A stretch of DNA of 64,000 nucleotides from Takakia lepidozioides (Eukaryota > Plantae > Bryophyta): positions 59,458,001-59,522,000 of the forward strand of contig CM060731.1 of NCBI GenBank assembly GCA_030704615.1, written 5' to 3'. The notes beneath the pieces are model-generated. The model worked only from the letters and a program-made list of their open reading frames with translations, searched no databases and had not been told where the DNA came from. Positions 1-11,868 of the stretch are shown piece after piece. Made by a program: the position numbers and the translations under genes. The stretch's first letter is position 1; each line of letters opens with the position of its first letter.

Positions 1-1772
1 CCTCAGAGCTTTTCGAGTAAGCGCGATATATGTGAGTTTCTTTCTAGGCAAGTTCTTCTTCGGGATGGCACACAGGTGAGAGATGAGTCCGACTCTTCTC
101 CGCTCCTTTTGTTGTTTTGTTTTCGTACCAGATTGTTTTATGACATGACAAGGTTTGCGAGTGATTTAACCACGAAGCTAGAGTCATTGTTGTGATGTAT
201 TGGAAAGATTTGAAAGCATGATGTTCGACAAATCCTCCACGGATGCAAATCGTTATCTTTCTTAGATATATTCTAGACCTGGATTCCGGAATAGTTCATA
301 ACCATATGAAAACTAAGGAACCAGTTTCTTTGTAGATCAAGATGAAATCTGTGTCACGTATGGTGCATTTTACTTCTTGAAAGAAATTAGTACACATCTG
401 AGAAGCTCCAGTTTTGCCTTGTGGAGGCAGTGGCTTCGTGACAAATTTATGTAGTGGGAACTACATACCTATATATTTATGAATGGTAGGTATTTCCAAG
501 TAATACGTAGCTGAAACGATCAACGGTAGGTCATATTCCAGAGTTGAGACTGCAAGAGATTCTGAAAGTTAGAAGTTTTTACTTCGAGAAGTATCGTCGG
601 CTGACTTGACTATTAAATCACTCGATGTGTATCCCACTCCGTTTATATGTTTTGATGCATGGAATGTTGTATTGAACAGGCATACTGGTTGGATAAGGCC
701 ACAGGAGCAGTATGCTATAGTGTGTCAGCAAGGGGCCTGAATATTGTTTGGGGTGATGATGATCAATATTGGATGTGGCTCCCCCGAAAGGGCTCGAGGT
801 ACTTCCATTCCAATTATGAAGTGTTGTGATGTGAACATTTCCAATCTGGTTTCACCTTCGGTCTCAGTAATATGTTTTTTTCAGTCTTAAAACTATCAGC
901 ACACCCGGGCATGACAAAGAGACTCTAATTATAAGTATTTGGTTCTTGTGTCTAGGGAGCATGAGGCAGTGAAGTTTGGAAGGAATTTGAAAAAGTATGT
1001 GCGATGTAAATTGTTATACTGATGCTGCTTATACAAGTTGATGGATTGAGGTATATTGAGCAGAACTTTGTGAGAAATCATGTCACTTGGTCACTTGCCT
1101 TTCTGCACCCCTCTCACCTACTGGGCATTATCCTAAGGCGAGTAATTGCATGCAGCTCAAACTGTTTGGGCCGTGTGCAGATGGCCAGAGGTAGCATGTT
1201 TGAAGCAGGTGTGCTGGTTTGAAGTTACCGGCGAGTTGAACTGTCTCCTTCCACCGGGATCTTACACTCTATCATTTCGACTTCAGTTGAACGAACGCAA
1301 GGACTCCAGTGGCGATCATGCATTCGGTTGGGCAAGTGCACCCACCGAATTTTCTCTTTCTTTGAGTGATGGCACACAGGCTTCCAGCAACCACCGTTTC
1401 TTGAGCAATCGGCTTGAAGATGCCACGCTTCAAAATCAGCTACAAAATATAACATCTGTTCGAGTGGTGGAAGACGACTGGATGGAATACGATGTGGGAG
1501 AGTTTGTTGTAGAAGAAGGGGGAAAAAGTGTAGATCTGAGGTTCTCAATGATAGAGATCGAGAGAGGACAGTGGAAAAGTGGGTTGAACTTGGATGGTGT
1601 TGTGGTTCGCCCGACTTCCCTGACGCACACGGTTGGTTACAAACCGACTTTGGCTGAGCTGGGGGAGAGTGCAACAAGAGCGACAACGGATTTTGCAGGA
1701 TTCTTTCGTGGAAGGAGGATGCTGCCCAGAGCAGGCCGTCCTCGCTTGCCTGATGTTAATGGTAGGAATTGA
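1..1772 (+). CDS. F-box/PP2 (phloem protein 2 lectin domain) protein, 5' end outside window; exons 1-75, 680-798, 1181-1772
   Basis: GT-AG splicing gives an in-frame PQSFSSKRDICEFL..DGTQ / AYWLDKATGAVCYSVSARGLNIVWGDDDQYW..SR / WPEVACLKQVCWFEV..PGSYTLSFRL..WMEYDVGEF..WKSGLNLDGV, which is the PP2 domain signature. Confidence 0.88.
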
Positions 1773-2559
1773 ATTAGTTAACGTCGACTACCTCATAGGA
1801 TTGGAAGGGGAGGGGCCCCCACCCGGAATTTGTAAATCCCGCGATCGTAGATAAGTCAACTTTGATCTTCACCTGCCATGTTGTTGCTGCATGCCGCTGT
1901 CTGCCTTGATCCATGCTCCCTATCTTACTACTAAAAATCAAGAATACGGTGGTCACAGACTGCCCACAGCAAACCACATAAGAGAGAGAACCTACAACCA
2001 TACAGAAGTGCTGTAAATTTGAGTCGGAGTTACAGGGAAGCTCAGTATAAACACGGCTTCTGCTATTGCAGAGTGAAACCCAAGGGTTAATTAGCAATCT
2101 TCTAACAGAAGGTGGAATTTAGCAGATCCTCCTACTATCATCACCATACTTAGGTCAGCCAAAACAAGGTGATGTAATGAAGGTGCCCTTGGGTCAATTG
2201 AATAGAATGTACAGACCCCTTTTCCAGAGCGGTTTATGCTCCAGCGTAATTCTCTTCCTCTTGCATAATATGCATGAAACCTTTTTGTTATATACAAAAT
2301 ACTAGGAATGCTTTGAATTGTGAAGTGGTAATTGTCTAGACTACCTACATGTAAGCTTTGCATGTTTAACTACTACTCCCTTCACAAAACGATATGCATT
2401 TGATGAACAAACTTACAAGCATCCTCATTTTCACAGAAGCATACATCCAGGAAGGACTCCAACTTTTACTACAGTGGCTTCCATAACCACGAGTAAGAAG
2501 ACTTGGATTTGCGTTGTTAGAAACCTTACTACAGTAACTTCAGATTAACTCAACTACTC

Positions 2560-3660
2560 ACAGAGCTGGGTGCGAAACTTTTGAGGTCCTTACCTCATCT
2601 GATTTCTAGAAGCAGGTTAAGGTTCAGGCTGCGCATCACTTTGCCCTTGTTGATCATAAGCCTTTCTCGATGCTTTCAAAGTGAAGTGCATCTGGCAGGA
2701 CATCCTCCCTTCACAAAGAATGGAAGTAAAACAATAAATTTCTTTGTGGGAACAAGGGGGATGGGATGTTCGCGGCAGAAGTTTGCTTACTGTAACGGCT
2801 GACAAGAATCCGGCTATAGGTAATGCAGTGTTATTTTGTGCTGACATTCACTGACATCATGCACTAACATCATGCTAGAAAGCAGGAGGTTGATTCTAGC
2901 ACTGTTCCTCTATCCCTCCAGTCTGCAACTTGCATGGCACTGCCTGTCACACTGTTGTGAGAAACATATGGGCATGGAGTGGGATGACAAAAAAATATTG
3001 TCCATGGGAGGCCAAGAGGGCTCATGTGAAAAATCAGAACAACAAGATGCTGCAAGAGCCTACCAAGGTCAAAAATTTGTTGTGCTCGGAGCTAAAGTGC
3101 CTCATGCAGCTGCTTGGTTACGATTGAGCTAAATATCATTTTGCAGAGGGAGACAGAAAAAGATAAGGATTTAGCTAAAAAGATGTTGATTGCAATATAG
3201 CCTTGTGGTTTTGGACAAAGCGAACTTAGTAGAAAGCAGTCAACAAACAAACAAACAAAAAATTTTTTCAAGAGAGAAATGCCACACCTCCACATTTGGA
3301 CGGAAGGCCAAGGTCTGAGAGTGGGTGGTTGCCGACACTGTCAAACCAGCTGACCACTGTACAGGAAATGGACCACTGAACTCTTGAGTGATGTAACTTG
3401 AACTCTGTCCTTCACCTGGCTCCACCAAAGGCAGACTCTTCATTCGATACTAAGACAGCAGCAGTACCTAGCAAGGTAATCATCATCCATCACTGCCAGG
3501 AATGGGGCCCATCGAAACGAGCCTGCTATGTCCACTACCTGACAATCACTGTTCAACATGTAGTAACTTAGTTCGTGAATTCCAATGAAGCAGCTGCCGC
3601 CTTCACTACATCTCTCTCTCTCTCTCTTTTCCAAACAGATTATGGAGCAAGAATGCTCCC
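2560..3660. pseudogene. Rearranged partial DNA duplicate of the CBS/SnRK1-gamma gene (exon 3 end, intron 3, exon 4)
   Basis: 2560-3265 matches the reverse complement of ~34145-34880. 3270-3660 matches ~33485-33990 in direct orientation (DIAGSFRWAPFL, MKSLPLVEPGEGQ). Intron sequence is retained and the frame is disrupted. Confidence 0.85.
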
Positions 3661-3814
3661 GGTATACGGCATGAGGCATACCAGAGAAGATTGAACCCAC
3701 ACCCACTGCAGCATCGATGGCAGCGTCTTCCCGCGTTCAAAGACGCAAGGCCCTGTCGTCTCGCTGCGGTGATGCAGCGGATTGAAGGGCTGGGCTGTGG
3801 ATCTACAGGAGGCA

Positions 3815-3960
3815 AGGACTATAATGATAGCAGGATATGCCAAACGTGGACGTGGGTCTCAGGCTTTTGAGATCTTTAAGTATGAGCAAATGCAGCAGGA
3901 AGGGATGACACCCAACAGGGTAACGTTCATTTGCCTTCTCAATGCATGTGCTAGCCACGG
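3815..3960 (+). pseudogene. Short PLS-PPR fragment
   Basis: IMIAGYAKRGRGSQAFEIF..MQQEGMTPNRVTFICLLNACAS is one P motif plus the start of an L motif, with no flanking gene. Confidence 0.75.
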
Positions 3961-4594
3961 AGCCAATGGTTAAGGAGCCGGAAGCTGGAATTCCTTGAAG
4001 CTGGAATTGCGCCAAATCGGGGAGAGTTTGCTTGAGCCTTGGCACATGTCCAGGACAGAGGGACATATTATAGGGTTTGAAACGAAATGAAGGGCAGCTG
4101 GAAGGGCAGCTCGCACTGACTTAGGAGTCAGGGAGCCTGCCCCAGCTAGACTTACTAGTAAACTTACTAATAAATAATAATACCAATAATTTGTACCTTT
4201 CATTTGTAATGTTTACCTTTTTTTACAACTTTGTTTTTTTAAAACCTTTTTTTGCCTTTCAAATGCCTTGTGACAGGCGCAAAAAGAAACCTTCCATCTA
4301 ATGTCCAACTGCTTAGGCACTGCCTCCTATAAGCTTAGGGAGTCACTAGTCACTATAAGCTTAGGGAGTCACTAGTCACTACTGCGCCCACTTTAAGTCC
4401 CATGCGCTTCGAGCTGTCTCTGTACAATATTCTCTTCTAGTGCCTAGGTATTTCCCTTTCTTAAAAATAAAATAAAATAAAATAAAAAATGATTGTTGCC
4501 AACCTTAGTAGGCAACAACAAACAACCTTGGACACTTTTCTTTCTAAGACATAGAAGTTTAGCTTGTCAATTTAGTGATATTTAATTAGTATTC

Positions 4595-4701
4595 GATAAT
4601 GCGACATTTTGGTCCCATTTGTCATATTATTATGTGACACCTCCATATTATGACATTTTTTCCGTTTCCCCTAGGTGTCATATTAAAGAGGTTAGATTGT
4701 A
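4595..4701. mobile_element. Possible Tc1/mariner (pogo-like) terminal fragment
   Basis: The reverse complement begins TACAATCTAACCTCTTTAATATGACACC, resembling pogo/Tigger ends at a TA site; partner end not seen. Confidence 0.3.
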
Positions 4702-5039
4702 GAGAGAGACTTTGCAACATGTGCAAGTCAATGGAGAAAATGGGTCAAAAGGACCTTACACCTTGTAAAGGCATGGATTGGTGTGTTCTGCTCAGTAATA
4801 AATTATAATGCCCCTTACTCTCACCTTCTTCTTATGTTTTGCCAAAGCAAGAGAGCCTATCGTAGTTTTAGGCTTGTTTTTATTTATTTATACTCCGGCT
4901 TTAATTCTCATTGTTTTTAGATATTGTGGGGCATAGCTAACCCACACATCCGGTTTCCTGAAAAAGTTCAAAAAACGATTCTTCCTTTTGGACGTTGCTT
5001 GGAGTTTGGACATTTTCACCTTTCATAATCCCATACCAA

Positions 5040-5128
5040 TAGTCAGTAGCTCAGTTGGATAGTGCAATGAGTGTCACCCAGGTGATTCTGGGGTCGAATC
5101 TTGCTCTTGACGAGTGTGGTAAAAAAAC
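5040..5128 (+). mobile_element. tRNA-derived SINE head or tRNA pseudogene
   Basis: A box GTAGCTCAGTTGGATAG and B-box-like GGGTCGAATC, followed by an A-rich run; no convincing cloverleaf. Confidence 0.5.
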
Positions 5129-5129
5129 A

Positions 5130-5370
5130 TATATATATGGCGCCTCCCAAAGGAAGCGTAACTTATGGTGTCACTTCACCACAAGGTTACTGCCTTCCAG
5201 CTGAAAGGTGGACACCTTCATGACACACCAGACCGTGGTTTGAACCCACAACCACATCCAACATGGTATGTGCCCATTACAAGTGGGCACATGCTGGTTG
5301 TCACCGGTGTGGTATGTTCTTCTCCCCCTTTCCTTTGGGCGGTGTCCCCTTCGGACGCCTCATGGCGAGT
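5130..5370 (-). mobile_element. tRNA-derived SINE (family shared with 47630-47800)
   Basis: Minus strand carries A-box-like and B-box (GGTTCAAACC) motifs, a 3' hairpin CGCTTCC-TTTG-GGAGGCG and an (AT)n tail; colinear with 47630-47800. Confidence 0.6.
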
Positions 5371-5599
5371 TTGCTCTGAAAGAGGTTATTTCTCCTCTCA
5401 CTATCAAGGGGCCTGATTCTCTTCATAGAGAGTTCTACAATAGTGAACGAAGAAAGCTTGGTTCAGGGTTAGATAACAGAACCAATTTTTTTTTGGTCCA
5501 ATCTTTTGCATGGTAGTGGTGTGGGGATTGAATTCATAGAACAAAATTAGAGCCCAAAAAAAAAAACATTACATAGCAAAACTCCGCAATCATAGATAT

Positions 5600-7262
5600 T
5601 CAAAATCCAACTATTTCATTAAAATTCATTAAAATTCGATTGAATTCAAAATTGGTTGAAAAGATGAGCGTGTCATTGGGGGGACAAATTTTTTTTTTTT
5701 TTTTTTTTTGGTTGAATCTTTGCATAAGTGCTGCACACATATTCAAGCACACGCGGGCAAAAAATGAGCTTGAACCACATCCGTTCAATGGGTGCAGTAG
5801 CCGTTCACCCATGAGAGGATTTTCTTTCACAATGAACAAAATTGGATGACAGGTTGAACGCGTCCTTGGGGGGCAAATGATTTTGTTTTGTATTGAAACT
5901 TTGCATGCGTGTTGCGAACATATTGCAGCACCTACCGTGGGCCAAGGATGAGCTGAATCAAAATTGAATGAAAGGTCGAACCAACAATTGTCCATCTATT
6001 TCCAAAGGTCGTGGGTATGTTTTACACACCAAACGAACGATTTTAGTTTCTCAGACTTTGTCAGTACGTTTTACATACCAAATATGTGTTGAACAAGTAT
6101 TAGATGAATCAAAATTGATGGAAAGGTGGGAACCACAAATACCCATCGAAATGACTTTAGCGTCTTTCCAAAGGTCCTGGATATGTTTTACACACCAAAC
6201 CAATGATTTTAGGTTGTTCTCAAACTTTGTCCATCAAAAGTCCTCCATTGAACTAACATTGTACCATTTTAATCTGTCTCTGTGATAAGATATGTTTGGG
6301 GTAGGGATCACACGCGGGCAAACTTCAATTCAAGTGCATGCGGGTTTGCAGCGTTGGGGAGCATCTTCTTTGTATACACAGTTGCATTTCACTTCTCAGT
6401 GCTACGACAACTCTACCCAGATGGCATCAAGGTGTTGCCGCTATTTTTTCGGGATTGGGGGGGGGGGGGGGGGGGATAGCCCTCCATAAATTAGGCATAA
6501 TGCTCAAGGTAGCGGTTTCTATTGAGATCATTGAAGGTACCCATCGATGCATTCAGGCTTGGTAGGAAGCAAGCAAGCAGGCTGCTGATCTTGACCAGAG
6601 CTATCATGACGTAACCTCGACAGAGAGATTTATTCAACCTTGTTATGAAGTACAATGGGTTCGATTCGATTGTTGGGGGCAGTCCTTGTAATAATCTCTC
6701 CGAAAAAAACGGTAAAACATCGGTAGGGATCACACGCGGGCAAACTTCAATTCAAATGTACGCGGGTTTGCAGCATTGGGGAACAACTTCTCTGTATACA
6801 CAGTTGCATTTCACTTCGCAGTGCTACGACAACTCTACCCAGATGGCATCAAGGTGCTATCACTATTTTTGCGGGATTGGGGGCGGGGCGGGGCAGGGCA
6901 GAGATAGCCCTCCACAAATTATGCATAAAGCTCAGGTAGTGGTTTCTATTGAGATCATTGAAGGTACCGTCGATGCATTCAGGCTTTTGGTGGGAAGTAA
7001 GCCAGCAGGCTGGTGTACTTGACCAGAGCTATGACGTAAACCTCCCTAAGACGGAGAGATTTATTCAACCTTGTTAGGAAGTGTAATGGGTAAACCTCCC
7101 TAAGACGGAGAGATTTATTCAACCTTGTTAGGAAGTGTAATGGGTTCGATTTGATTGTTGGGGGCAGTCCTTGTAATAATCTTTCCGGAAACATCAGTAA
7201 AACATCAGTAGGGATCACATGCGGGCAAACTTCAATTCAAGTGCACGCGGGTTTGTAGCATT
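5600..7262. repeat. TE-derived repeat with ~420-490-bp tandem units; related to 55790-57210
   Basis: GTAGGGATCACA(C/T)GCGGGCAAACTTCAATTCAA recurs at ~6301, ~6723 and ~7208. An exact 54-bp tandem duplication lies at 7037-7144. 5650-5860 aligns in reverse complement to ~56150-56385. Confidence 0.8.
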
Positions 7263-7714
7263 GAATCTGTGGGCTATCCGCAGTCAAATTCAATGGTTTT
7301 GCAATTAGTTAATGCAATTGTGCAATCTCTGATAGCACAGTATGCTGCTTTCTGGTATATTAGTTGGTGTGTGATATTATGTCCATTGGCCACATCAATT
7401 CATCAATTTGTAACTAATGTGTTTTACTAGTGTCACATCATATTTGAGCTGTTACAATGATGTGTGAATGGGCCACGAGATCTTTTTCACTCATCTTTGC
7501 GACCTCACACGTAAGGTGACGTTTTTCCCTAAGACTGCATCAGCGACGGCCAGGACGTCGCAGAAATGGGACTTGGCCAAATTGGCATTCCCCTGCTTTT
7601 CCCTGGGTCGTACTGCGACGCCACACGCGCAAGAGGGGACCGACGGTCTCCATAGCGACGGAAGGGCATGCATAGAGAAGTTGCTGCCTACATTCTCGTT
7701 GTGTGAGTTGCCAA

Positions 7715-8480
7715 GCTTACTAAGTGGATAGAGGTCCAACCATTGGTGTCAAAGGAGAGTGATAACGTAGCTCAATTCTTCTTCAATGAGATCATCTTGC
7801 GACGGCTACCCGTTGGAAATCCTGACTGATCAAGGGAAGGAGTTATGTAACCAGCTCATGCTCATCCTTATTCACAATTTGGGTGTTCATCAAACACGGA
7901 CTCGGCCTTATCATCCACAATGCAACGGACTCACAGAGAGGTTCAACCAAACCATGTGCTTGATGTTGGAGAAATGTGGCGGCCTCACTCAGGATTGGGA
8001 CATTCTTCTCCCTCCTCTCATTTTTGCTTATAGGACAGCAGTTCAGACCAGCACTGGTAAAACTCCTTTGGAACTCCTTTATGGACGTGCCTGTGTCTCT
8101 CCTATTCATCCTACCCCTTTGAATACTGTTGTGGCTGATCCCGAGGATTGGGGTGGCTTTGTGACCAAGCTGCACGCTCAGCATACCCGCATGCTGGATG
8201 AAGCTAAGTTTAACATTTCTAACGACCAACTATCTCAGGCAAAGCAATCGTAGAATAGTCTATTCCTCTCGTTTTGTTGCAGGGTAGACTGTGTGTGTGA
8301 AACTCCAGCATGGTCCCATTGAGAGTAAGTCCAAAACCAGAATTGAGGGGCCTTACCTTATCTATGAGATGCTTGCAGGTGGGCATGCCATGCTTCTTCC
8401 CCAACATCACTCTGTTCCAGACATTCTTGAACTTGTACCTATTGCTGATTTGCTGCATTCTCGTCTCCAATTTGATCTCA
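7715..8480 (+). mobile_element. Retroviral-like integrase remnant (Ty3/gypsy or Ginger type)
   Basis: LTKWIEVQPL..GYPLEILTDQGKE..RPYHPQCNGLTERFN..WD..FAYRT..STGKTPLELLYGR and a later GPY motif; frameshifts and stops present. Confidence 0.85.
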
Positions 8481-9983
8481 CTTGTGTCAACATTGAGGGC
8501 CTCACGGTGGAGATGATGCCGAAGAAGAAGACCAAGCTTTTAGTTGGCTGGTGGATCTGGTTTCCTGGGACATTTGGTTTTATAGATAGTGGTGCTTGCT
8601 TTGGCTGTAGACTTAGGATTTGGGTAGTTCTAGTGTTGTTTGTTTTCTTTTGAACTGGCCACAATTCTTGTAAGGGTTGGGGTTTTTCCTGCACTGCAGG
8701 TTTTTTCATCCCAGCTCGGCCTGAAAGTGGGAGCACTTGCAACTCTCACTGGACAGTCACCTCGACCTGTTGTGCTCTTGAAATCTCATTCCAAGGTTCT
8801 CTATTATGCATAGCTATTTGAGAATCTAGGCAGTACAGTGCTTCCAAGGTGTTGGATCCCAAAGCTTACATTTGGATATGGAAGCCATACATGTACAGCC
8901 ACCCTCTTCACAGGAGTTCGTATTTTCTAAAGTGGGGTATCTTCACATATGTGATGCCGTCACTTTTCCTTGCCACACTTTGGCTGTGACAAATGAACTT
9001 ATGCTGCAGCTGCATCGCACATATGTGCGCTGTAGAAACCTGCTCTCCTTATGATCTTGTATGCTGTTAGCTTCTCCTCATTAAAACTTAAGGCCGTTGA
9101 TCGGCTTTCGGCGGCGTAGATTAGATGACTTGGCCTTAAGTCAATGGCGCCGCGGCATTTGGCTGTGACATGTCTGACACCTGGATCCTGATAAAAGACA
9201 TGCACACCTCAGACTGAGGGGGCATACTCTGTGTACGAGGGTGAGGTGCATGACAGAACAACTGTGTATCTGTTGGCAGCTCCTCTGCTTGTGATTCCCC
9301 CGTTCATCGTGAAGCTGCTCTGCCGAGCCCCATGCCCCCATAACAAAGCTTATTGACAGAGGTCGAAGCATCTCTGCCCTAAACACAATTTGAGCTTCAC
9401 AACTTCATCCCAAAACTTGCATGCGAGGAAACGAGAATCCGAACCCTTTGCGCAACAATTGAGCATCGCACCACCACTCTCTGCAAATCCTTCTGATGAC
9501 TCTGCCCTCACAGCCAAAGGAGTAGTAAGTATATCTTCCTCTCATTATTCAAATAATTATCCCTTAGTTGGGTGTAATTTTATTGATATTAATTGAACCA
9601 ACATGACGGACCAAAAGCTTCGTTTTGGGATGTTGGACGGTTACTGGACGCAAGAGAAAAAGACCTCATTTTTCTTGAAAGGGATTTCAGGAGACTTTTC
9701 TGGCTTGTTTGGGATTGGAAGCTCAAGTAGTTACTGAGAACACTGGGAATCACAGACCTACGTCGGTGGACACTGGGATTGGATCGCTATGGGATTGGAT
9801 CTTGGTGGGCTAAGGCTAGCTTTTGACAATAGACCCCACTATCATTTCCCGTGGATATGCCATGGGAAATGCACTCAACAGTACATCATGGTCAATACTC
9901 TCAGGAAATGGTGGATGATCTGAGTAGCTACACAGATCAATGAATGAAGCAAGACACTCGCATCTTTCCAAGAAAACATTCTT

Positions 9984-11770
9984 TCAAAAGTAATCCCCAC
10001 AAGAACAAATCCCATCTTCAAAGTGGTGAAAGCGGTTAGCGTCCCGTACAACAATTGCTCGGCCAACAATCTTTGAGATCAATTTGGTGGAAGTGTGGCA
10101 GTCACCACATACTCGAAGATTCTTGATGAGACAGAGAGGCGTCGTGCTGATGAGCCCAAAACCAATGGCCAGCTTCTCACTGTGGTGGCAAAGAGAAAAT
10201 TCCTTTTCCTCCTCCCCCACATCATGCAATACAAAGCGCGTCTCAGGCACATACCCCGCCTCCTTCATCTGCCCAGACAATCTTCTCAGCTCAGCATGGA
10301 TTTCCTTAATTCTGGGATGCAACTTGTCATCTACAACGAAGGTGTGCACCCTGTTGCCAACCTCAATGCAGCAGCGACCTGGCTCCTTTCTAACCCCTCT
10401 GACCTTCATCATTCTTCTCACCTTTGCAGTATCATCCCACCTGCCAGCTGCAGCATAGAAGTTTGAGAGCAACACATAAGTTGCAGCATCCTGTTCATCC
10501 CACTTGAGGATGGATGTTGCCGCACGTTCAGCCATCTCCACATTGCCATGGATTCTGCAGGCACCAAGCAAGGCCTTCCACACCACAGCATCTGGATTGA
10601 TGGGCATTTTATTAATCAGGTCCACTGCCTCATCCAGTTGTCCCACAAGTCCAAGAAGGTCCACCATGCAGCCAAAGTGCTTCCTGTCGGAGTGACACCA
10701 TGCTCTTGACTCAGGGAATCAAAGTAGCGTCTTCCTTCATTCAGTAGGCCAGCATGGCTGCATGCAGAGAGAACACATATAAAGGTGATACTGTCCGGCT
10801 TCAAGCCAATCTATTGCATTCCTCGCACACAAACGTGACGTGGTTGGGCTTCACCCTTCGCACACCATTTGCTCATATGTCTCCAAAGCCTCCATCCCAC
10901 GCCCCTGCTGTGCATACCCTGTGATCATCGTGTTCCACGACACCACATTTCGTTCAGCCATATTGTCGAACACTCCCTTTGCATCCTCGATGCTCCCACA
11001 TTTGGCATACATGTCCACGAGGGTATTGTTCAGAATCACATCTGGTACAATTCCAGCTCTGACGATGTCGCCATGCACCTCTTTGCCCTTTACCAGGGCT
11101 GCCAGGCTTACACACGCACTGCAAACGCACACAAACGTGATGTGGTCGGGCTTCACCTCTTCCCACATCATTTGCTCATACGTCTCCAAAGCCTCCATCC
11201 CGCGCCCCTGCTGTGCATACCCTGCAAGCATCGCGTTCCACGACACCACATTTCGTTCAGCCATACTGTCGAACACTCCCTTTGCATCCTCGATGCACCC
11301 ACAATTGGCATACATGTCCACCAGGACAGTGTTGAGGATCACATCTGGTACAATTCCAGCTCTGACGATGTCGCCATGCACCTATTTGCCCTTTTCCGGC
11401 TGCCAGGCTTGCAAACGCACACAAATGTGATGTGGTCGGGCCCCTTCCCCCATCATTTGCTCATACGTCTCCAAAGCCTCCATCCCACGCCCCTGCTGTG
11501 CATACCCTGCGATCATACGTTCCACGACACCACATTTCGTTCAGCCATATTGTCGAACACTCCCTTTGCATCCTCGATGCTCCCACATTTGGCATACATG
11601 TCCACGAGGGTATTGTTCAGGATGACATTTGGTACAATTTCAGCTACTGACGATGTCGCCATGCACCTCTTTACCCTTTTCCAGGGCTGCCAGGCTTGCA
11701 CACGCACTGCAAACGCACACAAACGTGATGTGGTCGGGCTTCACCCCTTCCCCCATCATTTGCTCATACA
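9984..11770 (-). pseudogene. Truncated tandem duplicate of the PLS-E-DYW gene (copy C), ending DYF
   Basis: About three PLS triplets with deletions and frameshifts, then an E-DYW frame (HSEKLA, CGDCH) ending GAT TAC TTT TGA; joined to the 3' flank of copy B at ~11770. Confidence 0.9.
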
Positions 11771-11868
11771 TCATGCTCAATCCTCTCAGGAAATGGTGGA
11801 TGATCTGAGTAGCTACACAAATCAATGAATGAAGCAAGACACTCGCATCTTTCCAAGAAAACATCCTT

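Noticed and set aside
4327-4378. 26-bp exact tandem duplication
   Set aside because: A simple slippage event with no further structure.
5040-5110. Functional tRNA gene
   Set aside because: A and B boxes are present, but the acceptor and anticodon stems do not pair convincingly.
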